Source of the DNA: Pristiophorus japonicus
Lineage: Eukaryota
Direction of reading: 5' to 3'
DNA: 64,000 bases
Assembly: GCF_044704955.1 (NCBI RefSeq)
Contig: NC_091980.1
Span: forward strand, 128,340,001 to 128,404,000
Part shown: one piece after another, positions 14,511 to 25,975 of the stretch
Numbering within the stretch: position 1 is the stretch's first letter
Layout: each line of letters opens with the position of its first letter
Notes under the pieces: generated by a model
Seen by the model: only the letters and a program-made list of their open reading frames with translations
What the model was told of the DNA's origin: nothing
The model's database searches: none
Program-made: the position numbers and the translations under genes

Positions 14511-15555
14511 TTCATGCACAAGGACCCCCAGGTCCCTCTGCACCGCAGCATGTTGTAATTTCTCCCCATTCAAATAATATTCCCTTTTACTGTTTTTTTT
14601 CTCAAGGTGGATGACCTCACACTTTCCAACATTGTATTCCATCTGCCAAACCTTAGCCCATTCGCTTAACCTATCTAAATCTCTTTGCAGCCTCTCTGTG
14701 TCCTCTACACAACCTGCTTTCCCACTAATCTTTGTGTCATCTGCAAATTTTGTTGCACTACACTCTGTACCCTCTTCCACGTCATCCATGTATATTGTAA
14801 ACAGTTGTGGTCCCAGCACCGATCCCTGTGGCACACCACTAACCACCGATTTCCAACCCGAAAAGGACCCATTCATCCCGACTCTCTGCTTTCTGTTAGC
14901 CAGCCAATTCTCTATCCAGGCTAATACATTTCCTCTGACTCCGCGTATGTTTATCTTCTGCAGTAACCTTTTGTGTGGCACCTTATCGAATGCCTTTTGG
15001 AAATCTAAATACACCACATCCATCGGTACACCTCTATCCACCATGCTCGTTATATCCTCAAAGAATTCCAGCAAATTAGTTAAACATGATTTCCCCTTCA
15101 TGAATCCATGCTGCGTCTGCTTGATTGCACTATTCCTATCTAGATGTCTCGCTATTTCTTCCTTAATGATAGTTTCAAGCATTTTCCCCACTACAGATGT
15201 TAAACTAACCGGCCTATAGTTGCCTGCCTTTTGTCTGCCCCCTTTTTTAAACAGCTAACATAAACTGCTAATATATACACTGAACATAACTGCCAGCCTT
15301 TGTGAACTAGACCAATTTCCATAGCGACTGAAAAAAGGAGATTCAGCCTTTTTTCAAGCTGTATGTTAGGGGTACAATAGTGCAGTGGTTATGTTACTGG
15401 ACTAGTAATCCAGAGGCCTGGACCAATAATACACGGAATGTGAGTTCAAATCCCACCTTCATTTGGATTCAGTTTAAAATTTAAAACAAACTAATATCAG
15501 TAACCATGGACTTTTCGGATTGTTGTAAAAATCCAATTGGCTCACTAATTTCCTT
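14511..15555 (+). repeat. Direct repeat copy B (CR1 fragment, unique spacer, SINE 5' part)
   Basis: Matches 7827-8871; ORF 14490-15191 duplicates ORF 7347-8507. Confidence 0.93.
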
Positions 15556-15745
15556 TTAGGGAAGGAAACCTGACATCCTTACCTAGCCTGGCCTTACATG
15601 TGACTCTATCTGCTCTCTGAAGTGACCGAGCAAGGCGTCTCTCAACCATTGAGCACCTGAATATGGTTCAAGAAGGAGTCTCACCAGCGGTTTCTCAGGG
15701 CAACTAGGGATAGGCAATAAATGTCGGCCTTGCCAGCGACATCCA
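15379..15745 (+). mobile_element. tRNA-head SINE (truncated copy at 8695-8871; mirror copy at ~42066-42460; partial copy at ~26195-26475)
   Basis: B-box GTTCAAATCC; tail GGGCAACTAGGGATAGGCAATAAATGTCGGCCTTGCCAG shared with the 3' end of the LINE at ~34150-34200. Confidence 0.75.
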
Positions 15746-16077
15746 AACTTGGGCATGTTCCAAACTCAGACAAAGCTCTAAGCAATGAGACCAAATCTCC
15801 AGTAGTTCCTCCTATAGTTACCTGGCTGCTTTCTCCATCTCTTCAGCCTGTCTTCCCCTTGCTGTGCAGCACTTGGCTCAAGCTCCTGCTGTTTGTTTCA
15901 ATCTTGTTTTATATTTCCCAGCCTCTCTCTGCACTCAACTCTAACACGTGTTCTAACACAGGAGCTGAGTCTGGGAACACCGGAGGCAGGTAACGTGGAG
16001 ATTTTACACAATGATTGAGATAGATATTGGCGTAGTGGGTAACTGAGAGCTTTCAGTTTCGGTGATCAGTCAGATGG

Positions 16078-16520
16078 ACTCAGTGGGTAGCATTCTCGTC
16101 TGTGACTCAGAAGGTTGTGGGTTCAAGTCCCCACTCCAGAGACATGAGCACAGAATCTCGACTGAGTAATGAGGGGGTGCTGCACTGTCGGAATTGTCAT
16201 CTTTCGGATGAGACGTTCAACCATGGTGCTGACTGCCCTCTGAGCTGGACATAAAAGATCCCATGGCACTACTTTGAAGAAGAACAGAGAGTTACCCCTG
16301 TGACCTGGCCAATATTTATTCCTCAACCAATGTCACTGAAAACAGATTATATGGTCATGTTCACCTTGCTGTTTCTGGAGTTTTGCAGTGTGCAAATTGA
16401 CTGCCACATTTCCTACATTACAAAAGTGACTGCGCTTCAAAAAGTACCTCAATTGCTGTAAAATGCTCAGGGATTTCCTGAGGTTGTGAAAGGCGCTATA
16501 TAAATACATGTCTTTCTTTT
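16078..16520 (+). mobile_element. Deu-domain SINE with tRNA-like head (SacSINE1/AmnSINE-like)
   Basis: GGTTCAAGTCCC B-box, central AAAAGATCCCATGGCACT...CCTGGCCAATATTTATTCCTCAACC, tail GAAAGGCGCTATATAAAT. Other copies at ~20785-21240 (-) and ~41283-41720 (-). Confidence 0.78.
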
Positions 16521-16769
16521 TGGACTGCAGTCTGTTTCATTGTTTCCAAAATGTCATGATAAAAAACAAGAACTGAACATCGCATGGTCCACTCCACATT
16601 TGAGCTAAACTTGGAAGTGATGGAGTATCTGAGTATTTGTGTTTGACACATTGATCACAAGCAATTTGCATTCATCTGACTCACTTTTGATCGCTCACCG
16701 ATCTTTTTGGATGTTGCATCAAAACCGCAGATACCTGCAAATGACCAACCCACTGAACAATCCAGAACT

Positions 16770-17100
16770 ATTAAAAAGACACTGACTCGCAAACAACATA
16801 GGATTCAATGAGCCTTTTGGGTTGGCCATTAACTGGTCCAGGCAGAGCACAGTCGATGCGGTGTTCATTTCCGGCTGCCTGCCTCTCTTCCGCGACTATG
16901 TCCGTGTCCAGGTGTACCTGCAGAGGGAGCACACAGTGTCTGCCGGTGTGCTTGAGGCCTTCCATGACCGGTGGGCACCAGAGGGACTGGAGTGCATCGT
17001 GGATACAGGGAACTAAATTATAAATTGATAAGTGTTTAGGTTAGTTTTGTCATGTTTGGAACGTATTTTTTATTCCCACTTATAAAGGGGGCACTTATGT
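16770..17100 (+). mobile_element. Old Tx1 3'-end remnant upstream of ferritin copy 1
   Basis: Translates as ...CLPLFRDYVR...RWAPEGLECIVDTGN, homologous to the end of Tx1 ORF2 at 14285. Paralogous remnants precede every ferritin copy. Confidence 0.8.
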
Positions 17101-17129
17101 TTAAATTTTTCCCAATTGATTAGCCTAAA

Positions 17130-17426
17130 TAATAGAGGATTCATTTAAATCTGTGATTCTGTATATTTGAACTGTGTTTGAGGAAAGTTAGGACAATTGA
17201 GATCCTCATTGAGTTGTCAGCCAATGATGCTCATTCTTCAAAGATCTGACTGGCTCTGGGAATCCATCTCCCCTCCTCCCATTACTTGATTGGTGCTCTG
17301 AGAGGCTGCAACTTCTGATTGATCTGCAGGCTGCCACACCCTGGATTGTCCAGCAGTATAAATACAGACATATGTGGTTGATTGAATTTTTACAGGAGTT
17401 TGTTGCTTCCACAAAGTTTAGATTTG
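17130..17426 (+). promoter_or_regulatory. Ferritin copy 1 promoter: CCAAT boxes, TATAAA (17357-17362), degenerate IRE-like motif (17398-17426)
   Basis: Block conserved in all four copies; GCCAATG at ~17220 and reverse ATTGG at ~17290. A ~20-bp deletion removes the third CCAAT-type box seen in the other copies. Confidence 0.7.
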
Positions 17427-17508
17427 TGAAAATGCCTTTGAATGCACTGTACAGATTTTTTTATGAATAAAGTATATTTTGAAATTAAAAAAAAGAAAAA
17501 GAATCTAG

Positions 17509-19835
17509 ATGGCTTCCCAAGTGCGTCAGAACTGCCACCAGGACTGTGAGGATGCTGTCAACAAGCAGATCAACATGGAGTTCTATACCTCCTATGTTTA
17601 TCTCTCTATGGTGAGTTTTGTATTTTAGTCTCCATTGTGAAGTGGTCTATGTAATGTGAATTTACTAATCCAGCCCACCTATTCTGAGTATTTTGAATGA
17701 CTCACTTTCCTGGGCTTTTTTGAGCTTGTTGTTGAAGTTTATTTGGAATACATTCTGCACTCAATACATGGATTTCAGAATTTGTATCCTCATTCTAAAT
17801 CACTCCATGGCATTTCCCTACTTGCCTTTGCAATGAGGGGATGTAATAAAATTAGAGCTAGAACATTTTAGGGGGAAATCAAGAAGTACCCTTTCCTGTA
17901 TGTGTGGACGAAATCTGCAACACTGCTTCCCATTTCACCACCCCTCCCCACTAAAATTATTTAATAAAAAACTGGGTTTGATGCTGTGCCAAGGTTATCT
18001 GGAATACTTTATTTCCCCCACCCACCAATCTCCTCAGGAAAATCAAGGTTTTGATGCTGGACTCTGGTTTTTCATTGGGTAAGGGTATCAAAAGATTATC
18101 TGCATAATGTATGGACAAGCAACTCTCTTTATCTGCACACGGATGCAACAGGAAACCGTTGTAACGGCATTTAACATTCCACTTGTGCGCTCTGCCGACA
18201 TCACTTTGAAATGCTGATGTTCCTTTTGAATGTTGCCTGTTGAGCCTTGCTTTTAAGCACTCCACCCTGCCTCAGCTCCTGCTGCTACACCCACACAGTT
18301 CCATTGCCTCTCATAATTCATTAAAATGGCATGAGCAGTTATAGGAAGTAATCAACAAGCCTAATGCTCTTTAGATCTAGAGGACTAGAATTCAAGGATT
18401 AGAAGAGATGCTTCAGCTATTGGTTAGAGCAAACCTGCAGTACTGTAAGCATTAACAAATGTCAACTCGCTCTAATGGAGAAATCATTTAACTGGCATAG
18501 ACCAATCCCCAAGGGACCTGGATAATCGAGATGCCTGTATATACAAGTTCAGTGAGACTTTGAACCCTTGAAAGAAAGCAAGCAAAATTGAGCTTGAAGT
18601 TATGTACTGCACACGATGCTGGGTCTGCCATGCCTCACCCAACTACTGTGCTGATCTCTCCATAGTCCATCTACTTTGACCGGGATGATGTTGCCCTGTG
18701 TCACTTTGCTGAGTTCTTCAAGGAGCAGTCACATGCGAACCATGAGCATGCTGAGAAACTAATGGAATTCCAGAATTGGCGAGGAGGACAGATCGTCATC
18801 TTGTCTGACATCAAGGTTGGATTCAGTAAAGGAGTGGCCTTCTGTCTAGCTCCCCTTCGACTGATTGTTCCCAATACATGCTAAAGCAATTACTTCCAAT
18901 TTACAGCACACAGGCCATTCAGCCAAGCTGGTCTTTGCTGGTGTTTATAGTGCAGTAAGCCTCCTCTCCTTGCTTCATCTCACCCCCTCAGCATATCATC
19001 CTATTCCTTTCTCCATGCACTTGCCCAGCTTCCCAAAAATACATCTATGCAATTTGCCTCATCAATATCACTCCAGTGGTTGTGATAGCTCAATGTCAAT
19101 TTTATATTCTAACACACCGGTTCATGGTAAAGTAGACTTTTGCACCACTAATTTCCTTCAATACTTTCTAATTTGTTTAATCTATTGTAAGTGAACTGTG
19201 AGCATGTAATTTCTTTCCAGAAACCAGAGCAGGATGAGTGGAGCAATGGTCTGGTTGTGATGGAGAGCTCTGCAGATGGATAAGAATGTGAACCAGAGTC
19301 TGCTGGATCTGCACAAACTCTCCACTGGGAGCACTGACCCTCATGTAAGTTGTGAATAATTTAATGTTGGTTGTTGGGTTAGTTGGATATTGTGCTACCT
19401 TGCTGACCTTGAGCCTAATTAAAAGCTCTCCATGTCTAATAGCTTTCTGTTGGTCTCATTGGTCTGTATTTGGGAGCAGAGAGGAGGGACGGGGGAAGTG
19501 AGCCTACTGTGGACAGTGACTAGATATGTCTGATCCCAGGATCTGAGCATCTATTGTGCAGTAAGTTTAATCGAATGATGCAGTAATTCCATCAATCTCC
19601 ATTGTACCACTTGACTATCCTCTTGTTCAAAAGGATTAAAATCCAAACTCCTGAAGGGGAAGCTGACATTCCTTGATATCTGCTGCTGGACATAACTAGT
19701 TTCCCTCTTTCAGTTGTGTGACTTCCTGGAGACCCACTACTTGGATGAACAAGTGAAGATGATCAAGAAGCTTGGAGATCACATCACCAACCTGAAGAGA
19801 CTGGGAGCCCCTGAGAATGGCCTGGGAGAGTACCA
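17509..19835 (+). pseudogene. FTH1-like: Ferritin H/M-type pseudogene (copy 1); exons 17509-17610, 18666-18815, 19221-19344, 19714-~19835
   Basis: [20 protein letters not shown]...; GT-AG introns. Lesions: EEREH changed to ANHEH at the ferroxidase centre; 2-bp deletion in exon 3 giving TAA near 19281; exon 4 diverges after GEY, losing the stop and polyA region; retroposon tail in the 5' UTR. Confidence 0.92.
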
Positions 19836-20344
19836 GTTCAGACGAGTGCAGAAAAAGTCCTGGATTAATATCCTATTTTGTGTTTGGCCCTGGAATTAGC
19901 TGCTGTAGATCCTGTTCAGTTATTATTGCAGCTTGTTCAGTCACCGAACTGACCACTGCTGTTGTCGACGTTGTTAAGCTTTGTAGGCCGAGCAGCAACT
20001 GCTGTACAGACCAGCAATGTCTGAGTGCATTGAACCATGGGGACTACAATTGGGTGAGGAAGGAAAGCAACAGGTGGCAGCAGCTTGCTGTCACAGCTTC
20101 ATTGGTTAGTGTGGATACCCACGTGTAGTGGTTCTGGGACAGATTCTCGTGTACCTAATCCCACCTCATGTTTGAATAATTTGCCAACGTGCTCTGGGCT
20201 CGCATGGATAAGGTATTGAAGGGATACCTGTGTAACTGTACTCCCAACACATTATTCTGGAAGGAGTATATGTATTTCCTTACATGCGCCAAGTAAAAGG
20301 ACCAAGAAGTTAAACACAGACCTTTGAAAAAACATTTCCCCCAC

Positions 20345-20590
20345 CGTCAGAACGGGGGTCAGTTTGGATGGGATCGCCCCACGTGCTTGGGCCTCCTCGA
20401 CACACCTCACGGAGTCAGGATGCAGTGCTGCTTTTAGCGACTCGATGGCATTGGCCGCGGGCCAGACGTTGGCCCAGGATAGGCACCATGCATGCTCATC
20501 TGGTGCCATCCAGCCCGCTCCGCCATCCAGTAGGTCCCTGCTCACCTTGCCAATCACAGCCCTGTTGTCCGCCTGCCACCTAAAACCGTG
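20345..20590 (-). mobile_element. Tx1 ORF2 fragment
   Basis: RDLLDGGAGWMAP...AIESLKAALHPDSVRCVEEAQARG, homologous to 13330-13560. Confidence 0.85.
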
Positions 20591-20784
20591 CTTCAGTGAG
20601 TCAGGTGAATGGAAAGTGCTCGTGATCAATGTATCAAACACAAGTTCTCAGATACACCATCACTTCTAAGTTTATTGTGTACCTATACACACATCAGCTA
20701 GAATGTGGAGGGGACCATGGGATGTACAGTTCATATTTTGTTACCATGAAATTGTAGAAGCAATGAGATAGACTGCAGTCCAGA

Positions 20785-21240
20785 AAGAAAGCCTTGCATT
20801 TATATAGCGCCATTCATGATCTCAGGATGTCCCAATGTGCTTTACAGCCAATGAAGTACTTTTTGAAGCGGTCACTGTTGTATGAAATGTGGAGCTAATT
20901 TGCACACCACAAGGTCCCACAAACAGCAATGTGATCATGAATACACAATCTGTTTTCAGTGATGTTGGTTGAGGAATAAATATTGGCCAGGACATCGGGG
21001 ATAACTCCCCTGCTCTTCCTCGATATAGTGCCATGGGACCATGGGATCTTTTCTGTCCACCTGAGAGGACAGACAGAGCCTCGATTGAACATCTCATCCA
21101 AAAGATGGCATCTCCGACAGTGCAGCACGCCTTCATTTCTGCACTGTAGTGACAGCCGAGATTTTGTGCTCAATTCTCTGGAGTGGGTACTCAAACCCAT
21201 AATTTTCTGACTGAGATGAGTGCTACCCACTGAGTCCATC
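20785..21240 (-). mobile_element. Deu-domain SINE
   Basis: Reverse complement of the 16078-16520 type, including shared non-repeat flanks. Confidence 0.78.
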
Positions 21241-22374
21241 TGACTGATCCCTGATACTAAAAGTTCTCAGTCACCCAGTCCACCAATATCTATGTCAATC
21301 ATGTGTAAAATCTCCACGCTATCCACTTCCGGGATCCCCAGACTCAGCTACTGTGTTGGTGGCTTGTGGCCTAGAACTAAAGTTTATAATCCCACTATTG
21401 ATTTCCATTCCCTAGTCTCATTCTCTTGCTTTTCCCCACATTAAATGCCATTTTCCACCAGGAGCACACCTATCCAGGTCCCTTTTATATTGGTTTTGCC
21501 TCACCCCTATTAGATTCATGCAAACTTGAAATGATGGTTAACTGAGAGTTTTCTTTAATGTATTAAAAATCTGAGGAGGTATCTATTTGCACATGAGGTA
21601 CATTCCATGTGGTAATCTGGTCTATCCGCAGAGGTTAAAGTGCAGGACGTTTGTCAAGCTGAAGGATTGGGGGAATGGTGGGAAGAGGGAGAGAAACACT
21701 GTGTAGTGTTGGTTGTGTAGACATTGTCCCACTGGTGTGAAGGGAATATCTGTTTTTTCCTGTGTTTGGTAATTTCTCTTGATGTTTGACTGTCCATGGG
21801 GAAAAGCACAACTGGAAAGAGGCGAGGAGAGTGGTGAATGTTTTCTGTTGGAACACGATGTCCAGTAAATATTTCTGAGCTGAGTTAGATGTTTCCACAA
21901 ATCTGGTCAGGGAAGGATGGTGCTGGGGCTCCATGGATATCTTCCATTCCTCATTGGATCAGAACACTGTGGGATCAACAGGCTAAGAAAGCACATCAAA
22001 TGTGGAACACTATTGAAGGAAGAAGTAAGGAAAAGATGGACTGACACGCCCGTGTTCATGTGTTGCAGGCAAGTTGAGAATAACCTCTGAATTTCAGTGT
22101 GGACAAAACTCAGATGAAGCTCAAAACACTGTGACCAAGTCTCCAATTGTTTATCCGATAGATACTTGTCTCTATTATCCAACTCTTCATTAGACCAATA
22201 AGTGACAGTTTTGGAAGTTGGGATCTAGTGCAATATTGTTCCAGGCCAATGGGACTCCATGAAGAGAGTATTGAGGAGGTCATGGGGTGCAGAGCAAGAA
22301 CATTCTAGTGAAAGACTAGAAATCAGCAAGGGAGACCTATGGGGATTCCAAGATTGCAACTGAAACTTTTGAGA

Positions 22375-23155
22375 TCAAAGAAGGCCACGTACAAGAGTTG
22401 GTGCTGTTTCCTGCATTTCTCTTGTATCTGCCGCGCAGTGAAGATCATGTCCATTGTGCCCCTTAGTGGGTGGAATCCGCTTTGCGACTTGGAGGAGCTC
22501 ATCAGCCACAGGGAGAAGGCGATTGAGGAGGATTCTTGCTTTGACTTTCCTGTTGGTCGACAGCAGGGAGATTCCTCTGTAGTTACCGCAGTCGGACTTT
22601 TGACCTTTCCTGAAAATGGTCAGGATTACAGCATCTGAGATCTCCTGGCATGATCTCCTCCTTCCAGATAAGAGAGATGAGATCATGAATCCACGCCAGT
22701 AGTGCTTCTCCACAATGTTTAATGCTTCGGCGGGGATTCCATCTGATCCTGATGTCTTGTTGTTCTTCAGTTGTCGGATGGTCTTTTCAACCTCGTGCCG
22801 GGCTGGGGTTGTGCTGAGATGGTGGGTGGGATGGAGTCGAGGACACTCACATCGAAGACAGAGTCTCGTTTAAGGAGATCCTCGAGTGCTCTTCCCAGCA
22901 GGCACTGACTGCCTCTCTGTCCTTGATGAGCAGCTCTCCATGTTCTTGGCCAGCAGTGGGGTAGAACCTTGTGTGCTTGGGCCCTAGGTCATCTTGACTG
23001 CGTTGAAGAATCCTCAAGTCGTGGTTGTCGGCTAGCTGCTGGATTTCTTGTGCTTTTTCCACCCACCATCTGTTCTTTAGGTCACGGGTTTTCTGTTGGA
23101 CCTCGGCCTTCAGACTGTAGAGCTGTTTTCTTGCCCTCGAGTTGTGTTGCAGCTT
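22375..23155 (-). mobile_element. RTE-clade LINE fragment
   Basis: DAVILTIFRKGQKSDCGNYRGISLLS..KVKARILLNRL and NRWWVEKAQEIQQLAD, typical of RTE ORFs. Confidence 0.82.
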
Positions 23156-23590
23156 CCAGGAAGCTCGACAGCATCCAGGACAAAGGAGCCCACTTGATTG
23201 GCATCCCATCCACCACCTTCAACAGTCACTGCCTTCACTGTGGCTTCAGTGTGTACCATCTATAAGATGCACTGCAGCAACTGACCAAGGCTTTTTTTAG
23301 CAGCATTTGTTAACCCGCGACCTCCACCAACTGGAAGGAAAAGGGCAGCAGGTGCATGGGAACACCATCACCTGCAATTTCCCCTTCAAGATACGCACCA
23401 TCCTCATTTGGAAATATATCGCCATTCCTTCATCGGCACTGGGTCAAATCATGAAACTTCCTCTAACAGCACTGTACACTATAAGGACTGCAGCAGTTCA
23501 AGAAAGCAGCCTACCACCATCTTCTCAAGTGAAATTGGGGATAAATGCCATCCTTGCCAGTGACACCTGCAGCCCAGAAAGAATAAAAGA
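23155..23590 (+). mobile_element. 3' end of the tRNA-head LINE family
   Basis: Homologous to 33770-34220 and followed by the same unique flank (GACATTAACATGGAAAGACTAAA). Confidence 0.75.
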
Positions 23591-24489
23591 CATTAACATG
23601 GAAAGACTAAACGAGACAATTTAATTGCACCCTGTGCAGTTCTCAGCAAAGTTCCTTAATTAACTTGTAAACACTGGATTATTGGAGCTCCAGCATTGGG
23701 TAAAAGGAAGACTTCTCTTCCTCAAGATGGACACCTGCCGTTTTGGTATAGCGACCACAGAATCACTCAAACGAAACCTCGGTTAACCAGCTTTATTCCA
23801 GCATGCAGGGGAAGGGTTCCCATGACCACTTCCCAGAAGAACAGTTTGCAATGACAGTTTTTATTTTCTGAGGTGTGTGACTCTCTTACAAAACCATTGA
23901 TTAGCCTACTGCTATCAACGAAGTTACATTGATTTGTTGACTCTTATCAGAATAGCTCTGAGTGGTTCTTCCCCCCACCCCTGTCCATCTCCCAAAACAT
24001 GTCACCCTTCTGGAATGTGTTATTCAATGGTACCATCTTTGCCTCAGTTTCTCATGATGTATAGATTAACTTTGTTTTCCAGGGTGGTGCCTTGTTAACC
24101 CTCCCCCAAGAACTCTAGTCAAAACTACCAGCCATTACCATCTTGGTCCCATGCTATAATAATCTATGTTCCCAAAAATGTGTGTCCTTTATTCTGTACT
24201 GAATATGTACACTTCCATGAGTCTGAATTAAGATTAATACAACAAATGGTTCATTGCTGCTTCCCTCTTCTTAACCCAATGTAAACGAGTGTATAATCAT
24301 GCTTTACATACATAATCGGTCAATCACAATCCCAACCGCAATACTGAGGAACTGCTGATTCCTCAGAACCTCCTAATAATGATAAGCCCATTTAATCTGG
24401 ACCATTTTACGATCTTCAATATCCACTTTCGTGACCATTGGTCTGTCTCCACTCTAGTGACTGTTTGTTTTTTTTTATCCCCTGACAAA

Positions 24490-25975
24490 AATAGTCTGCA
24501 TCCCAGAGTACTTAAGGAAGTGGCCCTAGAAATAGTGGATGCATTGGTGATCATTTTCCAACAGTCTATCAACTCTGGATCAGTTCCTATGGACTGGAGG
24601 GTAGCTAATGTAACACCACTTTTTAAAAAAGGAAGGAGAGAAAACAGGGAATTATAGATTGGTTAGCCTGACATCGGTAGTGGGGAAAATGTTGGAATCA
24701 ATTATTAAAGATGAAATAGCAGCGCATTTGGAAAGCAGTCACAGGATCGGTCGAAGTCAGCATGGATTTATGAAAGGAAAATCATGCTTGACAAATCTTC
24801 TAGAATTTTTTGAGAATGTAATTTGTAGAGTGGACAAGGGAGAACCAGTGGATGTGATATATTTGGACTTTCAAAAAGCTTTTGACAATGTCCCACATGA
24901 GATTGTTGTGCAAAATTAAAGCACATGGTATTCGGGGTAACGTATTGACATGGATAGAGAACTGGTTGGCAGAGAGTTGGGATAAACAGGTCCTTTTTCA
25001 GAATAGCAGGCAGTGACTCAGTGCTGGGACCCCAGCTATTTACAATATACATCAATGATTTTGAAGAAGGAATTGAGTGTAATATATCCAAGTTTGCAGA
25101 TGACACCAAGTTGGGTGGCGGTGTGAGCTGTGAGTAGGATGCTAAGAGGCTGCAGGGTGCCTTGGACAGGTTAGGTGAGTGGGCAAATGCATGGCAGATG
25201 CAATATAATGTGGCTAAATGTGAGGTTATTCACTTTGGTGGCAAAAACGTGAAGGCAGAATATTATCTGAATGGCAGCAGATTAGGAAAAGCGGAGGTGC
25301 AACGAGACCTGGTACATCAGTCATTGAAAGCTGGCATGCAAGTACAGCAGGTGGTGAAGGCAAATGGCATGTTGGCCTTCATAGCTAGGGGATTTGAGTA
25401 TAGGAGCAGTGAGGTCTTACTGCAGTTGTACAGGGCCTTAGTGAGGCCTCACATGGAGTATTGTGTTCAGTTTTGGTCTCCTAATCTGAGGAAGGACGTT
25501 CTTGCTACTGAGGGAGTGCAGCGAAGGTTTACCAGACTGATTGCCGGGATGGCAGGACTGACATATGAGGAGACTGGAGTTTGGAAGAATGAGAGGATCT
25601 CATAGAAACATATAAAATTCTGACAAGACTGGACAGGTTAGATGCAGGAAAAACGTTCCCGAAGTTGGGGAAGTCCAGAACCAGGGGACATAGTCTAAGG
25701 ATAAGGCGTAAGCCATTTAGGACTGAGATGAGGAGAAACTTCTTCTTCACTGAGTTGTGAACCTGTGGAATTCTCTACCACAGAGTTGTTGATGCCAGTT
25801 AATTATATTCAAGAGGGAGTTAGATATGGCCCTTATGGCTAAAGGAATCAAGGAGTATGGAGAGAAAGCAGGAAAGGGGTACTGAGGTGAATGATCAGCC
25901 ACGGTCTTATTGAATGGTGATGCAGGCTCAAAGGGCTGAATGGCCTACTCCTGTACCTATTTTCTATGTTTCTAT
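24490..25975 (+). mobile_element. CR1 LINE, 5'-truncated and degenerate
   Basis: LHPRVLKEVA, QHGFMKGKSC and RPHMEYCVQFW fragments; ttttctatgtttcta tail. Confidence 0.9.

Noticed and set aside
15379-16140. tRNA-like A/B boxes
   Set aside because: SINE heads; no complete cloverleaf is evident.
17200-17350. Possible antioxidant-response or metal-response element in the promoter
   Set aside because: I found no conserved TGACnnnGC or TGCRCNC match across the four copies by eye.
19714-19899. Copy 1 exon 4 ORF with a novel C-terminal extension
   Set aside because: Results from a deletion and lies downstream of the exon 3 frameshift stop.
21360-22370. Short minus-strand ORFs, possibly an ancient LINE remnant
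   Set aside because: No motif I can recognise with confidence.
23698-24480. Insertion with LTR-like composition and a CTGAGGAA/TTCCTCAG hairpin
   Set aside because: Termini and TSD cannot be defined; the short hairpin could be chance.
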